Sequence record: SRR2962707_3772
Length of the DNA: 23,861 nucleotides
Reading direction: 5' to 3' (one strand)
Shown here: one piece after another, positions 9,275 through 19,796 of the stretch
How positions within the stretch are numbered: position 1 is the stretch's first letter
How the letters are laid out: each line of letters starts with the position of its first letter
Translations under genes and position numbers: made by a program
The notes under the pieces: model-generated
Told to the model about the DNA's origin: nothing
The model's database searches: none
The model's input: only the letters and a program-made list of their open reading frames with translations

Positions 9275-9528
9275 AAACAAAGTAATAAGCTTATAACCAA
9301 ATAGAATATTGCAAATAGGCCGCCTTTATAGGTCGTTCTACTGTTCTTTGCATTGCGACTGATAGCAGGCGTGCTTTTTAGCCATCAACTGTGTGTTGGT
9401 GCCATGATGTTGTCGCTAGATGGCGTTCATTGTGATTGGTTCCTAGAAGAAAACCGATTTTTACTAGGGTTGCTTTGCTTGGGAAAGTATTATGTGAATA
9501 CAAGGAGGTGGAGATCGTTTGCCAACCT

Positions 9529-9544
9529 TTGGTATCGTTTACAT
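9529..9544. promoter_or_regulatory. Probable upstream GalR operator
   Basis: TTGGTATCGTTTACAT shares ATCGTTTACAT with the main operator; left half is degenerate. Confidence 0.55.
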
Positions 9545-9614
9545 TATTTTGATATTAATTTTAAATTCACCCTCGATTTAAGGGCTGAAATCCTGTTTAA
9601 TGTCGTTATAAGTT

Positions 9615-9634
9615 AAATGTAATCGTTTACATTT
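9615..9634. promoter_or_regulatory. GalR operator upstream of galE
   Basis: AAATGTAATCGTTTACATTT, near-perfect palindrome matching GalR consensus TGKAANCGNTTMCA. Confidence 0.8.
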
Positions 9635-9663
9635 TAATGAATTTATAAGAGTGAGAGGTGGTT

Positions 9664-10680
9664 ATGAAGGTCTTAGTGACAGGCGGATTAGGTTACATCG
9701 GAAGTCATACGTGTGTGCAATTGATTGCCGCAGGTCATCAGCCTATCGTCATTGATAATCTATCTAACAGTAAATTAGAGGTGCTTAAGCGCATAGAGGC
9801 GATTGTTGGCGAGCGACCTGAGTTTCATCAAGGTGACGTTCGTGATGAAGCGTTTCTCGACGCCGTGTTTGCAAAGCATGAGATTCAAGCGGTCATTCAT
9901 TTTGCCGGTCTGAAGGCCGTCGGCGAGTCAGTAGCTAAGCCGCTTGAGTATTATGACAACAACGTAAATGGGTCTTTGGTGTTGGCTCGTTCGATGCGTA
10001 CTGCTGGCGTGAAAAATATGATTTTCAGCTCTTCTGCTACGGTATATGGCGACCCTCAAGAGGTGCCCATTACCGAAGATTCACCTACTGGCGCCACGAC
10101 CAACCCGTACGGTCGCAGTAAGTACATTGTGGAAGAATGTCTGCGTGACTTGTTCGCCGCAGAGGACGACTGGAGCATTACTTTGTTGCGTTACTTCAAC
10201 CCAGTGGGCGCCCATTCATCGGGCACCATGGGGGAAGATCCTCAAGGTATTCCTAATAATTTGATGCCATTTATCGCGCAAGTTGCCGTCGGGCGACGTG
10301 AAAAATTGGCGGTATTTGGGGACGATTACCCAACTCCAGATGGCACAGGTGTGCGTGATTACGTTCATGTGGTGGATTTGGCAGATGGGCATTTAGCGGC
10401 CTTGAACGCTCTGACCGATAAAGCTGGACTGCATATTTATAATTTGGGTACCGGAAAAGGCAGCAGTGTATTGGACATGGTTAAGGCGTTCTCTAACGCC
10501 TGTGGTCATGATGTCGCGTACGAAATACAACCGCGTCGACCAGGTGACATCGCTGAATGTTGGGCCAGTACTGCAAAAGCAGAACAAGACCTAGGCTGGA
10601 AGGCGCGTCGTGATGTGTCTGAAATGACGATTGATACGTGGCGTTGGCAGTCTAACAATCCTCAAGGCTATCAGGGGTAA
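9664..10680 (+). CDS. galE: UDP-glucose 4-epimerase
   Basis: GGLGYIG NAD motif, HFAGLKAVGES, SSSATVYG, YGRSK, LRYFNPVGAH. ATG 9664 follows GAGG SD (GTG 9658 is the alternative). Confidence 0.98.
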   Translation: MKVLVTGGLGYIGSHTCVQLIAAGHQPIVIDNLSNSKLEVLKRIEAIVGERPEFHQGDVRDEAFLDAVFAKHEIQAVIHFAGLKAVGESVAKPLEYYDNNVNGSLVLARSMRTAGVKNMIFSSSATVYGDPQEVPITEDSPTGATTNPYGRSKYIVEECLRDLFAAEDDWSITLLRYFNPVGAHSSGTMGEDPQGIPNNLMPFIAQVAVGRREKLAVFGDDYPTPDGTGVRDYVHVVDLADGHLAALNALTDKAGLHIYNLGTGKGSSVLDMVKAFSNACGHDVAYEIQPRRPGDIAECWASTAKAEQDLGWKARRDVSEMTIDTWRWQSNNPQGYQG

Positions 10681-10776
10681 CCAGCCCCTATCGCCTTGCC
10701 CAAACTGTGTCGTGCTGCGCTGTGTGGTGAAACAGTGTTGCTAGAATGAAGTGTCAGAATGAGTGAGTAGCAAAAG

Positions 10777-11844
10777 ATGTCAGAAATAACCTTTAATCCT
10801 GTTGATCATCCGCATCGTCGTTATAACCCATTAACAGGTCAGTGGATTCTTGTTTCACCCCACCGCGCCAAGCGTCCTTGGAGTGGGCAAGATGAGAAAG
10901 CGACGATGGACAGTCAAGCCTCCTATGACGAAGGGTGCTTTCTTTGTCCTGGTAATGCCCGTGTTTCTGGGGATGTTAACCCAGATTACAATGGGACTTA
11001 TGTGTTTCAAAATGATTTTGCGGCCTTGATGCCTGACTCTCCGGATGCTCCGACTTCTGATAACCCTTTGTTTAAAACTCAAGGCGTTCGCGGATTGAGT
11101 CGAGTGATTTGTTTTTCTCCTGATCACAGTAAAACACTGCCTGAATTACCCGTTTCTCAAATCCGTAATGTGGTTGATACCTGGAACGAGCAAATCGAAG
11201 ATCTGGGTAAGGAATACTTGTGGGTGCAGGTTTTCGAAAATAAAGGCGAAGCGATGGGGTGCTCACAGCCTCATCCTCATGGCCAAGTTTGGGCGAACAG
11301 TTTTTTACCGAATGAAATAGAAAGAAAAGACAAACACTTGCGGGAGTATTATCAAGCGCAAGGTTCAAACTTGTTAGTGGACTATGTTCAAGCGGAGTTG
11401 CAAGACGGTGCTCGGACCGTGGTTGAAACGGAGCATTGGATTGCCGTAGTGCCATATTGGGCGGCGTGGCCGTTTGAAACCATGCTGTTGCCTAAGGTGC
11501 ATGTGCGTCGTATGGCAGAGCTACAGGATGCGCAGCGTGACGATTTGGCGGTCGCCATCAAAAAGCTAACCAGCCGCTACGACAATCTCTTTCAGTGTTC
11601 TTTTCCTTATTCGATGGGGTGGCACTATGCCCCATTTTTTGAAGCGGATAAGGACAGGGATGATAAGGGCATTGAACATTGGCAGTTGCACGCCTTGTTC
11701 TATCCGCCATTGTTGCGCTCAGCCACCGTTAAGAAGTTTATGGTGGGGTATGAAATGCTGGCCGAAAGCCAACGAGATCTAACCGCAGAGCAGGCAGCAG
11801 AGCGATTGCGAGCGGTCAGTGATGAGCACTATAAAGCGTCATAA
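10777..11844 (+). CDS. galT: Galactose-1-phosphate uridylyltransferase
   Basis: [25 protein letters not shown] (catalytic HPH), [11 protein letters not shown]. Confidence 0.98.
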   Translation: MSEITFNPVDHPHRRYNPLTGQWILVSPHRAKRPWSGQDEKATMDSQASYDEGCFLCPGNARVSGDVNPDYNGTYVFQNDFAALMPDSPDAPTSDNPLFKTQGVRGLSRVICFSPDHSKTLPELPVSQIRNVVDTWNEQIEDLGKEYLWVQVFENKGEAMGCSQPHPHGQVWANSFLPNEIERKDKHLREYYQAQGSNLLVDYVQAELQDGARTVVETEHWIAVVPYWAAWPFETMLLPKVHVRRMAELQDAQRDDLAVAIKKLTSRYDNLFQCSFPYSMGWHYAPFFEADKDRDDKGIEHWQLHALFYPPLLRSATVKKFMVGYEMLAESQRDLTAEQAAERLRAVSDEHYKAS

Positions 11845-11971
11845 AAGCGGTCTATTTAAGCCTGTTTAATCGGCGTAGACAGTTTCTAGAAAAATAATAG
11901 AAGCAATAATACCGTCTCTGAGTGCTCTTAAAGAGAGTTTTGGAGGCACTAAAATACAGTAGGAAAAAAGT

Positions 11972-13138
11972 ATGATTGATTGTTCAACGCAGCCGACTCA
12001 CCTTGTCTCCAATGCCTTTAAATCTGTTTTTGGGCGTACTGCAGAGCACCTTATTCAGGCGCCGGGGCGGGTAAACCTAATAGGTGAACATACTGATTAT
12101 AACGATGGTTTTGTTTTGCCTTGTGCCATTGATTATCAGGCTGTGGTGGCTGCAACGGCCCGTCAAGATACGTTAGTTCGAGTGGTGGCGGTCGATTACG
12201 ATAACCAAATGAACGAATTTGATCTCGCTCAGCCACTTGAATTTGATCACGATGTTATGTGGGTGAATTATATTCGAGGCGTGATTGATTGCCTGCAAAA
12301 ACGCGGGTTTACATTTAATGGCGCGGATATCGTGGTGAGTGGCAATGTGCCACAAGGCGCAGGATTGAGTTCTTCGGCTGCATTGGAAGTGGTTATTGGG
12401 CAAACCTTTAAGGTGCTTTATGATCTGGACATCTCCCAGCAAGACATTGCGCTAAATGGGCAGCAGGCAGAAAACCAATTTGTAGGCTGCAATTGCGGCA
12501 TTATGGACCAATTGATTTCTGCTAAGGGCAAACGTCATCACGCCTTATTGATTGACTGTCGTTCATTAGAAAGCGAAGACGTGTCTATGCCTGAGAGCAT
12601 GTCTATTGTGATCATTAATTCAAATAAAAAACGTGGCTTGGTAGACAGCGAATACAACACTCGTCGTCAGCAATGTGAAGCCGCTGCTGACTTTTTTGGT
12701 GTGAAAGCCCTGCGTGATGTCAGTATCGAGATGTTTGAAGCTCGCCAAGCGGGGCTTGATGAAGTGACCGCGAAACGTGCTCGTCATATTATTACTGAGA
12801 ATGCGCGTACGGTCGAAGCAGCGCAAGCGCTAAGGGACTGTGATATGGCCCGTTTAGCGGTGTTAATGGAGCAGTCACATGTGTCCATGCGTGACGATTT
12901 TGAAATTACTTGTCCTGAAGTGGATGCCATTGTCGACATTGTGAAAAGCACCATAGGCCCTCAAGGCGGTGTACGCATGACGGGCGGTGGTTTTGGTGGT
13001 TGCGTGGTTGCTCTGGTACCGCCGGCGCTTGTCGATGTGGTTAAGCAGGCGGTAGAAAAACAATACCAAGCGCAAACTGGTCTAAAAGAGACCATTTACG
13101 TTTGTAACGCGAGCGATGGCGCAGGTTCAGTAGCGTGA
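11972..13138 (+). CDS. galK: Galactokinase
   Basis: [37 protein letters not shown]. Confidence 0.98.
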   Translation: MIDCSTQPTHLVSNAFKSVFGRTAEHLIQAPGRVNLIGEHTDYNDGFVLPCAIDYQAVVAATARQDTLVRVVAVDYDNQMNEFDLAQPLEFDHDVMWVNYIRGVIDCLQKRGFTFNGADIVVSGNVPQGAGLSSSAALEVVIGQTFKVLYDLDISQQDIALNGQQAENQFVGCNCGIMDQLISAKGKRHHALLIDCRSLESEDVSMPESMSIVIINSNKKRGLVDSEYNTRRQQCEAAADFFGVKALRDVSIEMFEARQAGLDEVTAKRARHIITENARTVEAAQALRDCDMARLAVLMEQSHVSMRDDFEITCPEVDAIVDIVKSTIGPQGGVRMTGGGFGGCVVALVPPALVDVVKQAVEKQYQAQTGLKETIYVCNASDGAGSVA

Positions 13139-14232
13139 GTGTTCTTAGGTCTTACCCGGACAGTGTGAAGGCTTTGCATGAAAACATGCAAGGTCTTGCG
13201 AACGATGGTCAGCCTGCTCGCTTGATTACCTTGTGCAATGGCTCGGGCATGACGGCGACCTTTATGGACCTTGGCGCTACTTGGCTAAGCTGTACTTTGC
13301 CAATGGCAGAGGGCGCTCGAGAAGTCTTGCTCGGTGTGGATACGCTGGCTGCGTTTTATCAGCAAGCTGGCTATTTGGGTGTCACCGTAGGTCGTTTTGC
13401 TAATCGTATCAATAACGCCCAGTTCTCTTTGCATGGTAAAGATTACTCGATTAGTAAAAACCAAGGCGCACACTGTTTGCACGGTGGGGTAGAGGGCTTT
13501 AATCGCCGTCGTTGGACCTTGGTTGAGTGGTCGGATCGCTATGTGGTTTATGGTTTGAGATCCCCTGATGGCGATCAAGGTTTTCCTGGTCAATTGGATG
13601 TGACCGTCTGCTATGAATTGACGCAAACCAATGGTATTTCGATTTCTTATCATGGCGTGTGTGACCAAGATTGCCCTGTCAGTTTGACCAATCATGCGTA
13701 TTTTAATCTGCAGGGCGACACCACTGAGATGGATTGCCGTGATCATGAATTATTGATTGATGCGGATTCATATTTGCCAATAGACGCCTCTGGTGTGCCT
13801 ATATCCGGGTGTGTTCCGGTGGCAAAGAGCGGTTTTGATTTTAGGATCAAAAAGCCCATCCGCCAAGATTTTCTCAAAGATGAGCAGCAGCAATTGGTGG
13901 GTGGCTACGATCATGCCTATTTGCTTAATCAGCCAAGCCATCGTGTTAATCTTGTGAGTAGTGTGAATGCGCCAGATCAGGCAGTGAGGATGAATGTCAG
14001 CACCAGCATGCCGTCTGCGCAGCTCTATACCGGCAACTTTCTAGATGGGTGTCCAAGGCGTGGAGGGGGGTATTATAAAAACCACGCAGGCTTTGCGTTT
14101 GAAACGCAGTATTTGCCAGATTCGCCGAATCACCCAGAATGGACATTCAGCAATAGCCTCTTGAAAGCCAATAAAGCCTATCATCATAAAACGCTTTATG
14201 AGTTTGTGTGGCATGGATTAAGCGCTCAATAA
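13135..14232 (+). CDS. galM: Aldose 1-epimerase (galactose mutarotase)
   Basis: [32 protein letters not shown] overlap with the galK stop. Confidence 0.96.
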   Translation: MSVLRSYPDSVKALHENMQGLANDGQPARLITLCNGSGMTATFMDLGATWLSCTLPMAEGAREVLLGVDTLAAFYQQAGYLGVTVGRFANRINNAQFSLHGKDYSISKNQGAHCLHGGVEGFNRRRWTLVEWSDRYVVYGLRSPDGDQGFPGQLDVTVCYELTQTNGISISYHGVCDQDCPVSLTNHAYFNLQGDTTEMDCRDHELLIDADSYLPIDASGVPISGCVPVAKSGFDFRIKKPIRQDFLKDEQQQLVGGYDHAYLLNQPSHRVNLVSSVNAPDQAVRMNVSTSMPSAQLYTGNFLDGCPRRGGGYYKNHAGFAFETQYLPDSPNHPEWTFSNSLLKANKAYHHKTLYEFVWHGLSAQ

Positions 14233-14319
14233 CGCTAACCAATAACTCTAATAACAACAGCGAGGTTTCTTTGAGAAAAGAGTAGGCGCTTTGTTTTGGG
14301 TGGTTATTTGGTGATGCAC

Positions 14320-14352
14320 AAACGCCGTCTGGGTTAACAGACGGCGTTTTTT
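14320..14352. terminator. Terminator between convergent galM and galR
   Basis: 12-bp stem AAACGCCGTCTG/CAGACGGCGTTT, loop GGTTAA, T-run. Confidence 0.9.
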
Positions 14353-15367
14353 AAACGGACGTAGCGCTCGGGGCTGACACCACAGACAAGCGCTTCACTA
14401 AAGTTGGGACAAATATCATGTTGTTGGTAACGGGCTTTTCTTTATTGGCGAGCTTTAAAGAAAGAATCGCCGCCTGTTCTGCCATTCTTTGGATCGGGTA
14501 GCGCACCGTGGTCAGCTTGGGGTGAAGGTATCGGGCAATGAGTCCGTTATCAAAACCGATAATAGACATGGCTTTGGGGACCTCTATATTGTTTTCTTCG
14601 AGGGCTGACAAAGCGCCCGCAGCCATGTAATCGTTGTAGGTGGCAATGGCTGTCAGTGGTAGCCCTCTGGTCAGCAAATTTGTCATCGCCAATTCTCCAC
14701 CGGCTTCGTCGGGAGCGCCATATTCAATGTGATCTTCGGTGCAGGTTAAGCCATGGTCTTTGAGTGCTTGTAAATAACCCGCCTTACGCTGTTCTGTGTC
14801 TTCAATGTCATGGTTGGAGCAAATATAGCCAATCTGCTGATGACCGTGTTTGATGAGATAATCTGTGGCAAGGTAAGAGCCTTTTAGATTGTCCAAAGCG
14901 ATGCAGCGCTCCGCTATCTCAGGAATAAATCGATTGATTAACACCAGTCCAGGGGCTTCGTTGGCGAAGGTGATCAACTCATCGGCGGTCAGGCTTTTGC
15001 TATGAATAACAAGGGCTTCGCAACCTTGGCTAATCAGCAGCTCAATGGTCTCACGTTCTTTTTTAGCTGAGTGGTAACCGTTGCCAATCAATAGATGTTT
15101 GCCCTGTTCAGTGGCAATGGTGTCGATGGCTTTAACCATTGAGCCGAAAAAAGGGTCGGAGACATCACCGACCAATACGCCAAGCGTTTGTGTGGATTGG
15201 CTGACCAGCGCTCGTGCTGCGGCGTTAGGGCGATAGCCGAGTTTTTTCATCGCCACTGTGACGGCTTGAATGGCGGCCTTGCTGGCTTTGGGGGAATGGT
15301 TGATGACGCGCGATACCGTGGCAATAGAAACCTTCGCTTCTTTCGCAACATCTTTCACAGTAGCCAT
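14351..15367 (-). CDS. galR: GalR/GalS-type LacI-family repressor
   Basis: MATVKDVAKEAKVSIATVSRVIN, YRPNAAARAL, DVSDPFFG, IGNGYH; adjacent to galETKM. Confidence 0.9.
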   Translation of the reverse strand: MATVKDVAKEAKVSIATVSRVINHSPKASKAAIQAVTVAMKKLGYRPNAAARALVSQSTQTLGVLVGDVSDPFFGSMVKAIDTIATEQGKHLLIGNGYHSAKKERETIELLISQGCEALVIHSKSLTADELITFANEAPGLVLINRFIPEIAERCIALDNLKGSYLATDYLIKHGHQQIGYICSNHDIEDTEQRKAGYLQALKDHGLTCTEDHIEYGAPDEAGGELAMTNLLTRGLPLTAIATYNDYMAAGALSALEENNIEVPKAMSIIGFDNGLIARYLHPKLTTVRYPIQRMAEQAAILSLKLANKEKPVTNNMIFVPTLVKRLSVVSAPSATSV

Positions 15368-15553
15368 AGAGTTTGCCTTAACATCTTCGTAATAGTCAGT
15401 GTCTTTGTGCGTCTACTTTACCATAGGTAAGTTTAAGGTTTGCCGATACTTTTCCAAATTTTATGATCACAGCTCACTGTCCACAGGCTTTATTGTCCGT
15501 GAGGTTGGTGCTAAGGAAATGAGCCAAAGCGAACGCAAAATAGAGGGAGAGAA

Positions 15554-15594
15554 TCACGCTCGCTTGCCCCTTTTTTGGGGCGCAACGAGCGTGA
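15554..15594 (-). terminator. Hairpin after symporter gene, probable weak terminator
   Basis: TCACGCTCG...GCCCC-T6-GGGGC...CGAGCGTGA; only a pyrimidine-rich, non-poly-U tail on the minus strand. Confidence 0.55.
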
Positions 15595-15605
15595 GGGTTG
15601 TCTAA

Positions 15606-17306
15606 CTATTGTGACAGGGCGGCCAGTCGTTTTTTCTGCTGGCGAGTGCGGAAAATAATCCCTGCCAACATGATGACGCCACAAGCTGCGTAAATTTGCA
15701 TATAGGATGGGTCATCGGAGATGAAACCAATGTTCGAGAACATGATGTAAGCGCCTAACACCATGTAGAGCACAATTGCTGAGGCTTCAAAGCGGAATTT
15801 CCATGGCGTAATGTCAATGGATTCATTGATTGGCATTTTGTAATCCGTGGTGCGTGGGTAAAAATAACCAATCACAAACATCAATAGAGTGCAGGCCACA
15901 AATAAGATCGCCAATTGATGCAGGAAGTGCAGCTCTACCTTAAAGATAAGTTGCATCGACGCATACGAAGTGACAAAAACAGCCAAGGCGATTTTGGCGG
16001 CGATGGCCGGAACGCGCTTGGAAATATAACCAACGAACACAATGGTAAAGATGGGCACACTAAAGAAACCGGCCACCATTTGTAGGTATTGGAACAAGCC
16101 TTCTGGCGCAAACATGATGAAAGGCGCGATGCAGATAGAAATGATCGCAATCACAACCCCAAAGATACGGCCTTTGCCAATCAGCTCTAAATCGGTTTTG
16201 CCCTTACCAAAGAGTGGTTTGTAGACATTCAAAGCGAACAGTGTGGTTGAGCTGTTTAGTACCCCGTTGAAGGTGCTTAAAATGGCGCCAAACATCACAG
16301 CAACAAAGAAACCGACCAATGGTTTTGGCAGTACTTCGTTGACGAGGCGTGTGTACATGGAGTCAGGGTTGCCTGCATTAGCACCAAATAAATGGTAAGC
16401 AATAACGCCAGGAATGATCAAAAACAAAGGGGAAATGACTTTAATAAGCCCCGCACCGATCACGCCTTTCTGTGCTTCTTTTAGGTTTTTCGCGCCCAAT
16501 ACTCGTTGCACGATCGATTGATCGGTTCCCCAGTAATACAGGTTCACCAGCAATAAACCGGTAAACAGCGCGGAGAAAGGGAGCGGGTCTTTTTCTGATC
16601 CTACGGATTGAAGTTTTTCAGGTGCGGCGCTAAGAAGTGTGTCTAGCCCAGCGCTGAAGCTGCCATGGCCCAATGCGATTAGCCCGAAAACAGGAATCAT
16701 CAAGCCGCCAATAATCAAGCCAATGCCGTTAATGGTGTCTGCAATCACCACGGCTTTTAAACCGCCGTAAATGGCGTAGAAAAAGCCCAGCAACCCGATG
16801 GTGGCTGAGATAAGCGCAATAGATTGAAACTCAGTGATGCCAAGCAAGTCTTTGATATCAAAAATTTCAGCAAGGACAACCGCGCCTGCGTAAAGCGTGG
16901 TGGGTAGAATGTTAATCACGTATTGGCAAAGGAACAGCAAGGTAACAAATTTCTTCACTGACATGTCATAACGACTTTCTAAAAAGTCGGGGATGGTTGT
17001 GATGCCTTGCTTTAAATAACGAGGCACCAGCAGCAGTGCAATGATCACCAAGGTGACGCCCGAGGCCACTTCCCAGCCCATTACACTCATGTTGTTGGTG
17101 TACGCTTGGGCGCTCATGCCGACAAAGCTGGTGGCGCTTAGGTTGGTTAAAATGAGGGAGCTGGCGATGAGTCCGCCGGTTAGACTTCGACCGCCGAGGA
17201 AAAAGCCGTCTTTAGAGTGGTGTTGGTCGCGTTTTACTTTTCGATACGTAAAGATAACCACGAAACCGGTGAACAACAAAAACGATAAAAATACCGTGAG
17301 GGACAT
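15606..17306 (-). CDS. Sodium:solute symporter (SSS/SLC5, YidK-like), probable sugar uptake
   Basis: FFLGGRSL, TTIPDFLESRYD, YGGLKAV...D, YYWGTDQSIVQR.L; start MSLTV at 17306 after AAGGA SD. Confidence 0.92.
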   Translation of the reverse strand: MSLTVFLSFLLFTGFVVIFTYRKVKRDQHHSKDGFFLGGRSLTGGLIASSLILTNLSATSFVGMSAQAYTNNMSVMGWEVASGVTLVIIALLLVPRYLKQGITTIPDFLESRYDMSVKKFVTLLFLCQYVINILPTTLYAGAVVLAEIFDIKDLLGITEFQSIALISATIGLLGFFYAIYGGLKAVVIADTINGIGLIIGGLMIPVFGLIALGHGSFSAGLDTLLSAAPEKLQSVGSEKDPLPFSALFTGLLLVNLYYWGTDQSIVQRVLGAKNLKEAQKGVIGAGLIKVISPLFLIIPGVIAYHLFGANAGNPDSMYTRLVNEVLPKPLVGFFVAVMFGAILSTFNGVLNSSTTLFALNVYKPLFGKGKTDLELIGKGRIFGVVIAIISICIAPFIMFAPEGLFQYLQMVAGFFSVPIFTIVFVGYISKRVPAIAAKIALAVFVTSYASMQLIFKVELHFLHQLAILFVACTLLMFVIGYFYPRTTDYKMPINESIDITPWKFRFEASAIVLYMVLGAYIMFSNIGFISDDPSYMQIYAACGVIMLAGIIFRTRQQKKRLAALSQ

Positions 17307-17429
17307 AGTCTTTTCCTTTCTTTTTATGCACGGCAAGCAGACGCGAGCCTTTCACGGCATGCGTGAAAGGCGTAGTGACAGATTACTGCGTGTTTTTATA
17401 GGTAAGGTCTAATTTATTGACCGTTGTTT

Positions 17430-19547
17430 TTATATTTTTTTTAGGTGAACAATCAGGGCAGACTCTGGGTCTAAAATCGGCAATGTAATACCGACTTCTT
17501 TCAGGTTGTCTCCATTAAGTTCTAAGGTTTTATCCAGCCATTTTGGGGCTTGTTTCATGAGTTGAAAGCTGGTCTTTGGCATTTCTACTATGTTTAATTG
17601 ATAGCGTGCATGCACATCAATGTGGCTGATTCGTAAGGGCGAAGGCAGCGCGTATTCCGGCATGGCCAGCTGGCATACAGTGATAAGCAACTCTTCTTGG
17701 CCGTCTTGGTTGGCACCAACCACGCCGTAAATGTATTGATCCTTATTGGCGGAATCGATCCGGAAGGTACGGCCAGAATGCAGCAGGTGGCGATGTTGTT
17801 TGTGCAGCTGAATGTAATGAGCAAACGCTTGTTTTTCTTCTGCCGTTTCTTTCACTGGGTCGAGTTCGACGCCCATGTGTCCGCCTAAGGCGGTAACGCC
17901 ACGCATGTTGATGCTGTGGCGACGGTTGGTTGAGTGGCATTCGCCTGGGCCAATGTGCGCGCCCATGACTTCGGGTGGAAAAAAGTAGCTCATGCCGCGT
18001 TGAATGCTTTGTCGCTCTAGGGCGTCGTTGCAATCGGATGCCCAAAAGCGATGGGTGCGTTTTAGGATCTCAAAATCAATGCGTCCGCCACCAGAAGAGC
18101 AAGACTCGATTTCAACGCTCGGATGGGCGCTGGTTAGCGCGTCCAGCAGTTGGTACAAAGCCTGTGTTTGACCGCGAACGGCGGCTTTACCTTGATGCCC
18201 AGGTTGCACGAGTTCGCGGTTCATGTCCCATTTTAGATAGCAGATGTTGTAGCGTGTGAGTAGGTCGTCGAGCCTGTCAAATAAGTATTGAAAGCACTCA
18301 GGATTTTGCAGGTCGAGTACGTATTGCCAGCGACCAGAAGGTTGCTGATAGCCTGATAAGCCTAATACCCAGTCAGGGTGGGCGCGGAATAAATTGGAAT
18401 CTTGGCTGACCATTTCTGGTTCAACCCACAAGCCAAACTCCATACCCAGTGTGTTGACGTGCTCAATGACTGGCTCTAGACCATTTGGGTATTTCTTTTC
18501 ATCGAGATACCAATCACCGAGTGCGGCGCGTTCATGATCGCGGCCAACAAACCAGCCGTCATCAATGATAAAGCGCTCAACACCCATGTCGGCCGCTTCG
18601 CTGGCCATTTTCATAATGTAGTCAGGGTTGTGATCGAAATAGATACCTTCCCATGTGTTTAGATGCACAGGGCGCGGTTTTTGTGTTGGGAAGCGAAGAA
18701 TGCTTTGGCGAACAAAGGTGTGAAAACGATCGGAAATGCCATTTAGTCCTTGGTTGCTGTACACACCATATAGCCAAGGTGTTTGGTAGATGTCATTTTC
18801 AGCCAGCTGGATTTCCCCCGCCAGTAGCAATTCTCCGGCTTGCACAAAGCGGCGGCCATCACTCTTCACATCGGCTCGGAGTTGGTGGTTGCCACTCCAG
18901 CCGAGGTGAAAGCCCCAAACATTTCCTTGTTGTTCACTAAACCCTTTGCTGCCAACAAACAGCCCGGGGAAATTTTCGTGGGAGGTGCGGCCGCGGCGGT
19001 TTTCTTGCATAAACCCGCCGTGCTCTAACGCTTGGCGTTGATTTTGAAACTCTTGGCACCAACGACCATGAAAGGTCATCAGTTCATTTGCATGGTGAGG
19101 CAGCGTTAACGTCGATGATAGTTTATTGAGTGTGTAAACCTCTGAACCTAGGTTGCGCACGCTAATGCGTTTTTGTAGGACATCAGAATCGTGATCCAGT
19201 AGCACCTCGATAGTGAGTTCAAGATTGGCTATGTCGTCTTGCAGTGTGAACACCGCTTGGTGGTCATTGGCTTGCGTGTCAGTGGTGTGGAAAACCGGCG
19301 CCCAATCATGGCCATTGCGATGCCCTTCGATGCCTGGCGCATTGAAGTGTCCGCTGCCTAATTCGGGGCACAGAGACAAAGGAATATCAACGTCTAGGCG
19401 AGCCTGAGAAATAGGGCGTTCAGTGGAGAGTAATAGGTCTGCGTCAATCTGAGCGATGCGCGCGCCCCAATGAACGATTTCAGGGACACGATCCACCTTA
19501 ATGATGCAGCTGTGATTGAGGCTGGTTAAATGAATGAATTGATTCAT
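17430..19547 (-). CDS. Alpha-galactosidase, glycoside hydrolase family 36 (RafA-like), ~705 aa, no signal peptide seen
   Basis: NTWEG.YF, FIIDDGWF, FGLWVEPEMV, YLKWDMNR (nucleophile), ESCSSGGGR, WASD (acid/base). Start MNQFIH at 19547. Confidence 0.95.
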   Translation of the reverse strand: MNQFIHLTSLNHSCIIKVDRVPEIVHWGARIAQIDADLLLSTERPISQARLDVDIPLSLCPELGSGHFNAPGIEGHRNGHDWAPVFHTTDTQANDHQAVFTLQDDIANLELTIEVLLDHDSDVLQKRISVRNLGSEVYTLNKLSSTLTLPHHANELMTFHGRWCQEFQNQRQALEHGGFMQENRRGRTSHENFPGLFVGSKGFSEQQGNVWGFHLGWSGNHQLRADVKSDGRRFVQAGELLLAGEIQLAENDIYQTPWLYGVYSNQGLNGISDRFHTFVRQSILRFPTQKPRPVHLNTWEGIYFDHNPDYIMKMASEAADMGVERFIIDDGWFVGRDHERAALGDWYLDEKKYPNGLEPVIEHVNTLGMEFGLWVEPEMVSQDSNLFRAHPDWVLGLSGYQQPSGRWQYVLDLQNPECFQYLFDRLDDLLTRYNICYLKWDMNRELVQPGHQGKAAVRGQTQALYQLLDALTSAHPSVEIESCSSGGGRIDFEILKRTHRFWASDCNDALERQSIQRGMSYFFPPEVMGAHIGPGECHSTNRRHSINMRGVTALGGHMGVELDPVKETAEEKQAFAHYIQLHKQHRHLLHSGRTFRIDSANKDQYIYGVVGANQDGQEELLITVCQLAMPEYALPSPLRISHIDVHARYQLNIVEMPKTSFQLMKQAPKWLDKTLELNGDNLKEVGITLPILDPESALIVHLKKI

Positions 19548-19611
19548 GTTGAAGCTCACTATGTTTGCGTAAATATTTATATTTATTGGTGTCTTTCTGG
19601 AATTGAAACGC

Positions 19612-19640
19612 AGAGTAGCAAAACGATAAAAAATGATCAA
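19612..19640 (-). promoter_or_regulatory. Promoter of the alpha-galactosidase/symporter unit
   Basis: TTGATC(19640-19635)-N17-TACTCT(19617-19612), with TGn extended -10. Confidence 0.55.
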
Positions 19641-19708
19641 TTGTTATAGATAATAGAATTATTCCGCTAAAAACCTAACATTTTTTGATGTTTTTCAATG
19701 TCGTGTTA

Positions 19709-19726
19709 AATGTTTTCGATAACATT
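19709..19726. promoter_or_regulatory. LacI-family operator
   Basis: AATGTTTTCGATAACATT, 8/9 symmetric about a central CG; related site TGTTATAGATAATA at 19642-19655. Confidence 0.65.
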
Positions 19727-19796
19727 AATGTGTTATTGTTTGTCTCTAAAGTAGAAAAAAAGACTGATTTTTTAGACCGATGAGAGGAGTGCTTGG

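Noticed and set aside
9511..9524. Third GalR-like site GAGATCGTTTGCCA
   Set aside because: Too degenerate in both halves.
9353..9616. 87-aa ORF upstream of galE
   Set aside because: TTG start, no recognisable motif, and it runs across the operators and promoter.
11845..11971. Spot 42 target or sRNA in the galK leader
   Set aside because: Only a weak AGTGC/GCACT hairpin is visible; complementarity to Spot 42 cannot be shown by eye.
15456..15478. CRP-like site TATGA-TCACAGC-TCACT upstream of galR
   Set aside because: Spacer is 7 bp rather than the canonical 6; not supportable.
19548..19640. 31-aa N-terminal extension of the alpha-galactosidase in the ORF track
   Set aside because: It overlaps the predicted promoter; ATG 19547 is the better start. 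The extensions at 4262 and 17336 were set aside on similar promoter or SD grounds.
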